A stretch of 64,000 nucleotides of DNA from Auanema rhodensis (Eukaryota > Animalia > Nematoda): assembly GCA_964057225.1 (NCBI GenBank), contig OZ059897.1:682001-746000 (forward strand). The letters are read 5' to 3'. Under the pieces are notes generated by a model, which had not been told where the DNA came from, did no database searches, and saw only the letters and a list, made by a program, of their open reading frames with translations. The number at the start of each line of letters is the position of its first letter. Positions within the stretch are counted from its first letter, which is position 1. Below, piece by piece: positions 23,801-38,200 of the stretch. The position numbers and the translations under genes were made by a program.

Positions 23801-26465
23801 ACTATGTTATTCAACGAAAAAATTAATTCTTCAGGGTGAAAATCGAGGATATAAGTGTGAACTTATATCAGTTGATATCTCGGTGCATTTTTAAGCTAGC
23901 GCAAATCTGATAACACAGATCGACCCAGCTTAAAAATGCGCATCGAATGCACTATACTACATTGAGAAACGCTTAATACAAAAATTAGTTATGATTGTTT
24001 GAAAAATGATGCAATAGTGTATGTTGAGTTTCCATGTACACTCAAAATTGCTTCCAAAAACATTTTGACAAAAATTTTTTCGAAAAATTTCAAGATAATT
24101 TCACAAAAAGTAGATGTTTTTAGATTCCTTTTTTCAAGACAAAGACGATGGACAATGTTATTCAACGAAAAAATTAATTCTTCAGGGTGAAAATCGAGGA
24201 TATAGGTGTGAACTTATATCAGTTGATATCTCGGTGCATTTTTAAGCTAGCGCAAATCTGATAACACAGATCGACCCAGCTTAAAAATCCGCATCGAATG
24301 CACTATACTACATTAAGAAACGCTCAATACAAAAATTAGTTATGATCGTTTGAAAAATGATGCATTAGTGTATGTTGAGTTTCCATGTACACTCAACATT
24401 GCTTCCAAAAACATTTTGACAAAAAGTTTCCCGAAAAATTTCAAAATAATTTCACAAAAAGTAAATGTTTTTAGATTCCTTTTTTCAAGACAAAGACGAT
24501 GGACATTGTTATTCAACAAAAAAATTAATTCTTCAGGGTGAAAATCGAGGATATAGGTGTGAACTTATATCAGTTGATATCTCGGTGCATTTTCAAGCAA
24601 GCGCAAATCTGATAACACAGATCGACGCAGCTTAAAAATCCGCATCGAATGCACTATACTACATTGAAAAACGCTTAATACAAAAATTAGTTATGATCGT
24701 TTGAAAAATGATGCATTAGTGTATGTTGAGTTTCCATGTACACTCAAAATTGCTTCCAAAAACATTTTGACAAAAATTTTTTCGAAAAATTTCAAGATAA
24801 TTTAGCGAAAAGTAGATGTTTTTAGATTCCTTTTTTCGAGGCAAAAACGATGGACAATGTTATTCAACGAAAAAATTAGTTCTTCAGGGTGAAAATCGAG
24901 GATATAGGTGTGAACTTATATCAGTTGATATCTCGGTGCATTTTCAAGCTAGCGCAAATCTGATAGTACAGATCGACGCAGCTTAAAAATCCGCATCGAA
25001 TGCACTATACTACATTGGAAAACGCTTAATACAAAAATTAGTTATGATCGTTTGAAAAATGATGCATTAGTGTATGTTGAGTTTCCATGTACACTCAAAA
25101 TTGCTTCCAAAAACATTTTGACAAAAAGTTTCCCGAAAAATTTCAAAATAATTTCACAAAAAGTAAATGTTTTTAGATTCCTTTTTTCAAGACAAAGACG
25201 ATGGACATTGTTATTCAACAAAAAAATTAATTCTTCAGGGTGAAAATCGAGGATATAGGTGTGAACTTATATCAGTTGATATCTCGGTGCATTTTCAAGC
25301 AAGCGCAAATCTGATAACACAGATCGACGCAGCTTAAAAATCCGCATCGAATGCACTATACTACATTGAAAAACGCTTAATACAAAAATTAGTTATGATC
25401 GTTTGAAAAATGATGCATTAGTGTATGTTGAGTTTCCATGTACACTCAAAATTGCTTCCAAAAACATTTTGACAAAAATTTTTTCGAAAAATTTCAAGAT
25501 AATTTAGCGAAAAGTAGATGTTTTTAGATTCCTTTTTTCGAGGCAAAAACGATGGACAATGTTATTCAACGAAAAAATTAATTCTTCAGGGTGAAAATCG
25601 AGGATATAGGTGTGAACTTATATCAGTTGATATCTCGGTGCATTTTCAAGCTAGCGCAAATCTGATAGTACAGATCGACGCAGCTTAAAAATCCGCATCG
25701 AATGCACTATACTACATTGGAAAACGCTTAATACAAAAATTAGTTATGATCGTTTGAAAAATGATGCATTAGTGTATGTTGAGTTTCCATGTACACTCAA
25801 AATTGCTTCCAAAAACATTTTGACAAAAATTTTTTCGAAAAATTTCAAGATAATTTAGCGAAAAGTAGATGTTTTTAGATTCCTTTTTTCGAGGCAAAAA
25901 CGATGGACAGTGTTATTAAACGAAAAAATTAATTCTTCAGGGTGAAAATCGAGGATATAAGTGTGAACTTATATCAGTTGATATCTCGGTGCATTTTCAA
26001 GCTAGCGCAAATCTGATAGTACAGATCGACGCAGCTTAAACGTCCGCATCGAATGCACTATACAACATTGAGAAACGCTTAATACAAAAATTAGTTATGA
26101 TCGTTTGAAAAATGATGCATTAGTGTATGTTGAGTTTCCATGTACACTCAAAATTGCTTCCAAAAACATTTTGACAAAAAGTTTCCCGAAAAATTTCAAA
26201 ATAATTTAGCGAAAAGTAGATGTTTTTAGATTTCTTTTTTTGAGGCAAAAACGATGGACAATGTTATTCAACGAAAAAATTAATTCTTCAGGGTGAAAAT
26301 CGAGGATATAAGTGTGAACTTATATCAGTTGATATCTCGGTGCATTTTCAAGCTAGCGCAAATCTGATAGTACAGATCGACGCAGCTTAAAAATCCGCAT
26401 CGAATGCACTATACTACATTGAGAAACGCTTAATACAAAAATTAGTTATGATTGTTTGAAAAATG
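20850..26465. repeat. Tandem 8-mer duplication, period 2808 bp
   Basis: aattaGttct at 22071 and 24879; acaGtgttattAaa at ~23102 and ~25910; ORF pairs 21191/23999, 21542/24350, 22244/25052. Confidence 0.9.
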
Positions 26466-27739
26466 ATGCAATAGTGTATGTTGAGTTTCCATGTACACTC
26501 AAAATTGCTTCCAAAAACATTTTGACAAAAATTTTTTCGAAAAATTTCAAAATAATTTAGCAAAAAGTAGATGTTTTTAGATTCCTTTTTTCAAGGCAAA
26601 AACGATGGACAATGTTATTCAACGAAAAAATTAATTCTTCAGGGTGAAAATCGAGGATATAGGTGTGAACTTATATCAGTTGATATCTCGGTGCATTTTT
26701 AAGCTAGCGCAAATCTGATAACACAGATCGACCTAGCTTAAAAATCCGCATCGAATGCACTATACTACATTAAGAAACGCTCAATACAAAAATTAGTTAT
26801 GATCGTTTGAAAAATGATGCATTAGTGTATGTTGAGTTTCCATGTACACTCAACATTGCTTCCAAAAACATTTTGACAAAAAGTTTCCCGAAAAATTTCA
26901 AAATAATTTCACAAAAAGTAGATGTTTTTAGATTCCTTTTTTCAAGACAAAGACGATGGACATTGTTATTCAACAAAAAAATTAATTCTTCAGGGTGAAA
27001 ATCGAGGATATAAGTGTGAACTTATATCAGTTGATATCTCGGTGCATTTTCAAGCTAGCGCAAATCTGATAACACAGATCGACGCAGCTTAAAAATCCGC
27101 ATCGAATGCACTATACTACATTGAAAAACGCTTAATACAAAAATTAGTTATGATCGTTTGAAAAATGATGCATTAGTGTATGTTGAGTTTCCATGTACAC
27201 TCAAAATTGCTTCCAAAAACATTTTGACAAAAATTTTTTCGAAAAATTTCAAGATATTTTAGCGAAAAGTAGATGTTTTTAGATTCCTTTTTTCGAGGCA
27301 AAAACGATGGACAATGTTATTCAACGAAAAAATTAATTCTTCAGGGTGAAAATCGAGGATATAGGTGTGAACTTATATCAGTTGATATCTCGGTGCATTT
27401 TCAAGCTAGCGCAAATCTGATAGTACAGATCGACGCAGCTTAAAAATCCGCATCGAATGCACTATACTACATTGAAAAACGCTTAACACAAAAATTAGTT
27501 ATGATCGTTTGAAAAATGATGCATTAGTGTATGTTGAGTTTCCATGTACACTCAAAATTGCTTCCAAAAACATTTTGACAAAAATTTTTTCGAAAAATTT
27601 CAAGATAATTTAGCGAAAAGTAGATGTTTTTAGATTCTTTTTTTCGAGGCAAAAACGATGGACAATGTTATTCAACGAAAAAATTAATTCTTCAGGGTGA
27701 AAATCGAGGATATAGGTGTGAACTTATTTCAGTTGATAT

Positions 27740-30700
27740 CTCGGTGCATTTTCAAGCTAGCGCAAATCTGATAGTACAGATCGACGCAGCTTAAAAATCC
27801 GCATCGAATGCACTATACTACATTGAGAAACGCTTAATACAAAAATTAGTTATGATCGTTTGAAAAATGATGCATTAGTGTATGTTGAGTTTCCATGTAC
27901 ACTCAAAATTGCTTCCAAAAACATTTTGACAAAAATTTTTTCGAAAAATTTCAAGATAATTTAGCGAAAAGTAGATGTTTTTAGATTTCTTTTTTCGAGG
28001 CAAAAACGATGGACAATGTTATTCAACGAAAAAATTAATTCTTCAGGGTGAAAATCGAGGATATAAGTGTGAACTTATATCAGTTGATATCTCGGTGCAT
28101 TTTTAAGCTAGCGCAAATCTGATAGTACAGATCGACGCAGCTTAAAAGTCCGCATCGAATGCACTATACTACATTGAGAAACGCTTAATACAAAAATTAG
28201 TTATGATCGTTTGAAAAATGATGCAATAGTGTATGTTGAGTTTCCATGTACACTCAACATTGCTTCCAAAAACATTTTGACAAAAATTTTTTCGAAAAAT
28301 TTCAAAATAATTTAGCAAAAAGTAGATGTTTTTAGATTCCTTTTTTCGAGGCAAAAACGATGGACAATGTTATTCAACGAAAAAATTAATTCTTCAGGGT
28401 GAAAATCGAGGATATAAGTGTGAACTTATATCAGTTGATATCTCGGTGCATTTTTAAGCTAGCGCAAATCTGATAACACAGATCGACCCAGCTTAAAAAT
28501 GCGCATCGAAGGCACTATACTACATTGAGAAACGCTTAATACAAAAATTAGTTATGATTGTTTGAAAAATGATGCAATAGTGTATGTTGAGTTTCCATGT
28601 ACACTCAAAATTGCTTCCAAAAACATTTTGACAAAAATTTTTTCGAAAAATTTCAAAATAATTTCACAAAAAGTAGATGTTTTTAGATTCCTTTTTTCAA
28701 GACAAAGACGATGGACAATGTTATTCAACGAAAAAATTAATTCTTCAGGGTGAAAATCGAGGATATAAGTGTGAACTTATATCAGTTGATATCTCGGTGC
28801 ATTTTTAAGCTAGCGCAAATCTGATAACACAGATCGACCTAGCTTAAAAATCCGCATCGAATGCACTATACTACATTAAGAAACGTTCAATACAAAAATT
28901 AGTTATGATCGTTTGAAAAATGATGCATTAGTGTATGTTGAGTTTCCATGTACACTCAACATTGCTTCCAAAAACATTTTGACAAAAAGTTTCCCGAAAA
29001 ATTTCAAAATAATTTCACAAAAAGTAAATGTTTTTAGATTCCTTTTTTCAAGACAAAGACGATGGACATTGTTATTCAACAAAAAAATTAATTCTTCAGG
29101 GTGAAAATCGAGGATATAAGTGTGAACTTATATCAGTTGATATCTCGGTGCATTTTCAAGCAAGCGCAAATCTGATAACACAGATCGACGCAGCTTAAAA
29201 ATCCGCATCGAATGCACTATACTACATTGAAAAACGCTTAATACAAAAATTAGTTATGATCGTTTGAAAAATGATGCATTAGTGTATGTTGAGTTTCCAT
29301 GTACACTCAAAATTGCTTCCAAAAACATTTTGACAAAAATTTTTTCGAAAAATTTCAAGATAATTTAGCGAAAAGTAGATGTTTTTAGATTCCTTTTTTC
29401 GAGGCAAAAACGATGGACAATGTTATTCAACGAAAAAATTAATTCTTCAGGGTGAAAATCGAGGATATAGGTGTGAACTTATATCAGTTGATATCTCGGT
29501 GCATTTTCAAGCTAGCGCAAATCTGATAGTACAGATCGACGCAGCTTAAAAATCCGCATCGAATGCACTATACTACATTGAGAAACGCTTAATACAAAAA
29601 TTAGTTATGATCGTTTGAAAAATGATGCATTAGTGTATGTTGAGTTTCCATGTACACTCAAAATTGCTTCCAAAAACATTTTGACAAAAATTTTTTCGAA
29701 AAATTTCAAGATAATTTAGCGAAAAGTAGATGTTTTTAGATTTCTTTTTTCGAGGCAAAAACGATGGACAATGTTATTCAACGAAAAAATTAATTCTTCA
29801 GGGTGAAAATCGAGGATATAAGTGTGAACTTATATCAGTTGATATCTCGGTGCATTTTTAAGCTAGCGCAAATCTGATAGTACAGATCGACGCAGCTTAA
29901 AAGTCCGCATCGAATGCACTATACTACATTGAGAAACGCTTAATACAAAAATTAGTTATGATCGTTTGAAAAATGATGCAATAGTGTATGTTGAGTTTCC
30001 ATGTACACTCAACATTGCTTCCAAAAACATTTTGACAAAAATTTTTTCGAAAAATTTCAAAATAATTTAGCAAAAAGTAGATGTTTTTAGATTCCTTTTT
30101 TCGAGGCAAAAACGATGGACAATGTTATTCAACGAAAAAATTAATTCTTCAGGGTGAAAATCGAGGATATAAGTGTGAACTTATATCAGTTGATATCTCG
30201 GTGCATTTTTAAGCTAGCGCAAATCTGATAACACAGATCGACCCAGCTTAAACATGCGCATCGAAGGCACTATACTACATTGAGAAACGCTTAATACAAA
30301 AATTAGTTATGATTGTTTGAAAAATGATGCAATAGTGTATGTTGAGTTTCCATGTACACTCAAAATTGCTTCCAAAAACATTTTGACAAAAATTTTTTCG
30401 AAAAATTTCAAAATAATTTCACAAAAAGTAGATGTTTTTAGATTCCTTTTTTCAAGACAAAGACGATGGACAATGTTATTCAACGAAAAAATTAATTCTT
30501 CAGGGTGAAAATCGAGGATATAAGTGTGAACTTATATCAGTTGATATCTCGGTGCATTTTTAAGCTAGCGCAAATCTGATAACACAGATCGACCCAGCTT
30601 AAAAATCCGCATCGAATGCACTATACTACATTAAGAAACGTTCAATACAAAAATTAGTTATGATCGTTTGAAAAATGATGCATTAGTGTATGTTGAGTTT

Positions 30701-31330
30701 CCATGTACACTCAACATTGCTTCCAAAAACATTTTGACAAAAAGTTTCCCGAAAAATTTCAAAATAATTTCACAAAAAGTAAATGTTTTTAGATTCCTTT
30801 TTTCAAGACAAAGACGATGGACATTGTTATTCAACAAAAAAATTAATTCTTCAGGGTGAAAATCGAGGATATAAGTGTGAACTTATATCAGTTGATATCT
30901 CGGTGCATTTTCAAGCAAGCGCAAATCTGATAACACAGATCGACGCAGCTTAAAAATCCGCATCGAATGCACTATACTACATTGAAAAACGCTTAATACA
31001 AAAATTAGTTATGATCGTTTGAAAAATGATGCATTAGTGTATGTTGAGTTTCCATGTACACTCAAAATTGCTTCCAAAAACATTTTGACAAAAATTTTTT
31101 CGAAAAATTTCAAGATAATTTAGCGAAAAGTAGATGTTTTTAGATTCCTTTTTTCGAGGCAAAAACGATGGACAATGTTATTCAACGAAAAAATTAATTC
31201 TTCAGGGTGAAAATCGAGGATATAGGTGTGAACTTATATCAGTTGATATCTCGGTGCATTTTCAAGCTAGCGCAAATCTGATAGTACAGATCGACGCAGC
31301 TTAAAAATCCGCATCGAATGCACTATACTA
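27740..31330. repeat. Tandem 5-mer duplication, period 1755 bp
   Basis: atcgaaGgcac at 28511 and 30266; ORF pairs 28169/29924, 28562/30317, 28913/30668. Confidence 0.88.
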
Positions 31331-32249
31331 CATTGGAAAACGCTTAATACAAAAATTAGTTATGATCGTTTGAAAAATGATGCATTAGTGTATGTTGAGT
31401 TTCCATGTACACTCAAAATTGCTTCCAAAAACATTTTGACAAAAATTTTTTCGAAAAATTTCAAGATAATTTAGCGAAAAGTAGATGTTTTTAGATTCCT
31501 TTTTTTGAGGCAAAAACGATGGACAATGTTATTCAACGAAAAAATTAATTCTTCAGGGTGAAAATCGAGGATATAAGTGTGAACTTATATCAGTTGATAT
31601 CTCGGTGCATTTTCAAGCTAGCGCAAATCTGATAGTACAGATCGACGCAACTTAAAAGTCCGCATCGAATGCACTATACAACATTGAGAAACGCTTAATA
31701 CAAAAATTAGTTATGATCGTTTGAAAAATGATGCATTAGTGTATGTTGAGTTTCCATGTACACTCAAAATTGCTTCCAAAAACATTTTGACAAAAATTTT
31801 TTCGAAAAATTTCAAAATAATTTAGCGAAAAGTAGATGTTTTTAGATTTCTTTTTTTGAGGCAAAAACGATGGACAATGTTATTCAACGAAAAAATTAAT
31901 TCTTCAGGGTGAAAATCGAGGATATAGGTGTGAACTTATATCAGTTGATATCTCGGTGCATTTTCAAGCTAGCGCAAATCTGATAGTACAGATCGACGCA
32001 GCTTAAAAATCCGCATCGAATGCACTATACTACATTGGAAAACGCTTAATACAAAAATTAGTTATGATCGTTTGAAAAATGATGCATTAGTGTATGTTGA
32101 GTTTCCATGTACACTCAAAATTGCTTCCAAAAACATTTTGACAAAAATTTTTTCGAAAAATTTCAAGATAATTTAGCGAAAAGTAGATGTTTTTAGATTC
32201 CTTTTTTTGAGGCAAAAACGATGGACAATGTTATTCAACGAAAAAATTA

Positions 32250-35200
32250 ATTCTTCAGGGTGAAAATCGAGGATATAAGTGTGAACTTATATCAGTTGAT
32301 ATCTCGGTGCATTTTCAAGCTAGCGCAAATCTGATAGTACAGATCGACGCAACTTAAAAGTCCGCATCGAATGCACTATACAACATTGAGAAACGCTTAA
32401 TACAAAAATTAGTTATGATCGTTTGAAAAATGATGCATTAGTGTATGTTGAGTTTCCATGTACACTCAAAATTGCTTCCAAAAACATTTTGACAAAAATT
32501 TTTTCGAAAAATTTCAAAATAATTTAGCGAAAAGTAGATGTTTTTAGATTTCTTTTTTTGAGGCAAAAACGATGGACAATGTTATTCAACGAAAAAATTA
32601 ATTCTTCAGGGTGAAAATCGAGGATATAAGTGTGAACTTATATCAGTTGATATCTCGGTGCATTTTCAAGCTAGCGCAAATCTGATAGTACAGATCGACG
32701 CAGCTTAAAAATCCGCATCGAATGTACTATACTACATTAAGAAACGCTCAATACAAAAATTAGTTATGATCGTTTGAAAAATGATGCATTAGTGTATGTT
32801 GAGTTTCCATGTACACTCAACATTGCTTCCAAAAACATTTTGACAAAAAGTTTCCCGAAAAATTTCAAAATAATTTCACAAAAAGTAGATGTTTTTAGAT
32901 TCCTTTTTTCAAGACAAAGACGATGGACATTGTTATTCAACAAAAAAATTAATTCTTCAGGGTGAAAATCGAGGATATAAGTGTGAACTTATATCAGTTG
33001 ATATCTCGGTGCATTTTCAAGCTAGCGCAAATCTGATAACACAGATCGACGCAGCTTAAAAATCCGCATCGAATGCACTATACTACATTGAAAAACGCTT
33101 AATACAAAAATTACTTATGATCGTTTGAAAAATGATGCATTAGTGTATGTTGAGTTTCCATGTACACTCAAAATTGCTTCCAAAAACATTTTGACAAAAA
33201 TTTTTTCGAAAAATTTCAAGATAATTTAGCGAACAGTAGATGTTTTTAGATTCCTTTTTTCGAGGCAAAAACGATGGACAATGTTATTCAACGAAAAAAT
33301 TAATTCTTCAGGGTGAAAATCGAGGATATAGGTGTGAACTTATATCAGTTGATATCTCGGTGCATTTTCAAGCTAGCGCAAATCTGATAGTACAGATCGA
33401 CGCAGGTTAAAAATCCGCATCGAATGCACTATACTACATTGAAAAACGCTTAATACAAAAATTACTTATGATCGTTTGAAAAATGATGCATTAGTGTATG
33501 TTGAGTTTCCATGTACACTCAAAATTGCTTCCAAAAACATTTTGACAAAAATTTTTTCGAAAAATTTCAAGATAATTTAGCGAAAAGTAGATGTTTTTAG
33601 ATTCCTTTTTTCGAGGCAAAAACGATGGACAATGTTATTCAACGAAAAAATTAATTCTTCAGGGTGAAAATCGAGGATATAGGTGTGAACTTATATCAGT
33701 TGATATCTCGGTGCATTTTCAAGCTAGCGCAAATCTGATAGTACAGATCGACGCAGCTTAAAAATCCGCATCGAATGCACTATACTACATTGAGAAACGC
33801 TCAATACAAAAATAAGTTATGATCGTTTGAAAAATGATGCATTAGTGTATGTTGCGTTTCCATGTACACTCAAAATTGCTTCCAAAAACATTTTGACAAA
33901 AATTTTTTCGAAAAATTTCAAAATAATTTAGCGAAAAGTAGATGTTTTTAGATTTCTTTTTTCGAGGCAAAAACGATGGACAATGTTATTCAACGAAAAA
34001 ATTAATTCTTCAGGGTGAAAATCGAGGATATAAGTGTGAACTTATATCAGTTGATATCTCGGTGCATTTTTAAGCTAGCGCAAATCTGATAGTACAGATC
34101 GACGCAGCTTAAAAATCCGCATCGAATGCACTATACTACATTGAAAAACGCTTAATACAAAAATTAGTTATGATCGTTTGAAAAATGATGCATTAGTGTA
34201 TGTTGAGTTTCCATGTACACTCAAAATTGCTTCCAAAAACATTTTGACAAAAATTTTTTCGAAAAATTTCAAGATAATTTAGCGAAAAGTAGATGTTTTT
34301 AGATTCCTTTTTTCGAGGCAAAAACGATGGACAATGTTATTCAACGAAAAAATTAATTCTTCAGGGTGAAAATCGAGGATATAAGTGTGAACTTATATCA
34401 GTTGATATCTCGGTGCATTTTTAAGCTAGCGCAAATCTGATAGTACAGATCGACGCAGCTTAAAAGTCCGCATCGAATGCACTATACTACATTGAGAAAC
34501 GCTTAATACAAAAATTAGTTATGATCGTTTGAAAAATGATGCAATAGTGTATGTTGAGTTTCCATGTACACTCAACATTGCTTCCAAAAACATTTTGACA
34601 AAAATTTTTTCGAAAAATTTCAGAATAATTTAGCAAAAAGTAGATGTTTTTAGATTCCTTTTTTCGAGGCAAAAACGATGGACAATGTTATTCAACGAAA
34701 AAATTAATTCTTCAGGGTGAAAATCGAGGATATAAGTGTGAACTTATATCAGTTGATATCTCGGTGCATTTTTAAGCTAGCGCAAATCTGATAACACAGA
34801 TCGACCCAGCTTAAAAATGCGCATCGAATGCACTATACTACATTGAGAAACGCTTAATACAAAAATTAGTTATGATTGTTTGAAAAATGATGCAATAGTG
34901 TATGTTGAGTTTCCATGTACACTCAAAATTGCTTCCAAAAACATTTTGACAAAAATTTTTTCGAAAAATTTCAAAATAATTTCACAAAAAGTAGATGTTT
35001 TTAGATTCCTTTTTTCAAGACAAAGACGATGGACAATGTTATTCAACTAAAAAAAATTCTTCAGGGTGAAAATCGAGGATATAGGTGTGAACTTATATCA
35101 GTTGATATCTCGGTGCATTTTTAAGCTAGCGCAAATCTGATAACACAGATCGACCCAGCTTAAAAATCCGCATCGAATGCACTATACTACATTAAGAAAC

Positions 35201-38200
35201 GCTCAATACAAAAATTAGTTATGATCGTTTGAAAAATGATGCATTAGTGTATGTTGAGTTTCCATGTACACTCAACATTGCTTCCAAAAACATTTTGACA
35301 AAAAGTTTCCCGAAAAATTTCAAAATAATTTCACAAAAAGTAAATGTTTTTAGATTCCTTTTTTCAAGACAAAGACGATGGACATTGTTATTCAACAAAA
35401 AAATTAATTCTTCAGGGTGAAAATCGAGGATATAAGTGTGAACTTATATCAGTTGATATCTCGGTGCATTTTCAAGCAAGCGCAAATCTGATAACACAGA
35501 TCGACGCAGCTTAAAAATCCGCATCGAATGCACTATACTACATTGAAAAACGCTTAATACAAAAATTAGTTATGATCGTTTGAAAAATGATGCATTAGTG
35601 TATGTTGAGTTTCCATGTACACTCAAAATTGCTTCCAAAAACATTTTGACAAAAATTTTTTCGAAAAATTTCAAGATAATTTAGCGAACAGTAGATGTTT
35701 TTAGATTCCTTTTTTCGAGGCAAAAACGATGGACAATGTTATTCAACAAAAAAATTAATTCTTCAGGGTGAAAATCGAGGATATAAGTGTGAACTTATAT
35801 CAGTTGATATCTCGGTGCATTTTCAAGCTAGCGCAAATCTGATAGTACAGATCGACGCAACTTAAAAGTCCGCATCGAATGCACTATACAACATTGAGAA
35901 ACGCTTAATACAAAAATTAGTTATGATCGTTTGAAAAATGATGCATTAGTGTATGTTGAGTTTCCATGTACACTCAAAATTGCTTCCAAAAACATTTTGA
36001 CAAAAATTTTTTCGAAAAATTTCAAAATAATTTAGCGAAAAGTAGATGTTTTTAGATTTCTTTTTTTGAGGCAAAAACGATGGACAATGTTATTCAACGA
36101 AAAAATTAATTCTTCAGGGTGAAAATCGAGGATATAAGTGTGAACTTATATCAGTTGATATCTCGGTGCATTTTCAAGCTAGCGCAAATCTGATAGTACA
36201 GATCGACGCAGCTTAAAAATCCGCATCGAATGTACTATACTACATTAAGAAACGCTCAATACAAAAATTAGTTATGATCGTTTGAAAAATGATGCATTAG
36301 TGTATGTTGAGTTTCCATGTACACTCAACATTGCTTCCAAAAACATTTTGACAAAAAGTTTCCCGAAAAATTTCAAAATAATTTCACAAAAAGTAGATGT
36401 TTTTAGATTCCTTTTTTCAAGACAAAGACGATGGACATTGTTATTCAACAAAAAAATTAATTCTTCAGGGTGAAAATCGAGGATATAAGTGTGAACTTAT
36501 ATCAGTTGATATCTCGGTGCATTTTCAAGCTAGCGCAAATCTGATAACACAGATCGACGCAGCTTAAAAATCCGCATCGAATGCACTATACTACATTGAA
36601 AAACGCTTAATACAAAAATTACTTATGATCGTTTGAAAAATGATGCATTAGTGTATGTTGAGTTTCCATGTACACTCAAAATTGCTTCCAAAAACATTTT
36701 GACAAAAATTTTTTCGAAAAATTTCAAGATAATTTAGCGAACAGTAGATGTTTTTAGATTCCTTTTTTCGAGGCAAAAACGATGGACAATGTTATTCAAC
36801 GAAAAAATTAATTCTTCAGGGTGAAAATCGAGGATATAGGTGTGAACTTATATCAGTTGATATCTCGGTGCATTTTCAAGCTAGCGCAAATCTGATAGTA
36901 CAGATCGACGCAGGTTAAAAATCCGCATCGAATGCACTATACTACATTGAAAAACGCTTAATACAAAAATTACTTATGATCGTTTGAAAAATGATGCATT
37001 AGTGTATGTTGAGTTTCCATGTACACTCAAAATTGCTTCCAAAAACATTTTGACAAAAATTTTTTCGAAAAATTTCAAGATAATTTAGCGAAAAGTAGAT
37101 GTTTTTAGATTCCTTTTTTCGAGGCAAAAACGATGGACAATGTTATTCAACGAAAAAATTAATTCTTCAGGGTGAAAATCGAGGATATAGGTGTGAACTT
37201 ATATCAGTTGATATCTCGGTGCATTTTCAAGCTAGCGCAAATCTGATAGTACAGATCGACGCAGCTTAAAAATCCGCATCGAATGCACTATACTACATTG
37301 AGAAACGCTCAATACAAAAATAAGTTATGATCGTTTGAAAAATGATGCATTAGTGTATGTTGCGTTTCCATGTACACTCAAAATTGCTTCCAAAAACATT
37401 TTGACAAAAATTTTTTCGAAAAATTTCAAAATAATTTAGCGAAAAGTAGATGTTTTTAGATTTCTTTTTTCGAGGCAAAAACGATGGACAATGTTATTCA
37501 ACGAAAAAATTAATTCTTCAGGGTGAAAATCGAGGATATAAGTGTGAACTTATATCAGTTGATATCTCGGTGCATTTTTAAGCTAGCGCAAATCTGATAG
37601 TACAGATCGACGCAGCTTAAAAATCCGCATCGAATGCACTATACTACATTGAAAAACGCTTAATACAAAAATTAGTTATGATCGTTTGAAAAATGATGCA
37701 TTAGTGTATGTTGAGTTTCCATGTACACTCAAAATTGCTTCCAAAAACATTTTGACAAAAATTTTTTCGAAAAATTTCAAGATAATTTAGCGAAAAGTAG
37801 ATGTTTTTAGATTCCTTTTTTCGAGGCAAAAACGATGGACAATGTTATTCAACGAAAAAATTAATTCTTCAGGGTGAAAATCTAGGATATAGGTGTGAAC
37901 TTATATCAGTTGATATCTCGGTGCATTTTCAAGCTAGCGCAAATCTGATAGTACAGATCGACGCAGCTTAAAAATTCGCATCGAATGCACTATACTACAT
38001 TGAGAAACGCTCAATACAAAAATAAGTTATGATCGTTTGAAAAATGATGCATTAGTGTATGTTGCGTTTCCATGTACACTCAAAATTGCTTCCAAAAACT
38101 TTTTGACAAAAATTTTTTCGAAAAATTTCAAAATAATTTAGCGAAAAGTAGATGTTTTTAGATTTCTTTTTTCGAGGCAAAAACGATGGACAATGTTATT

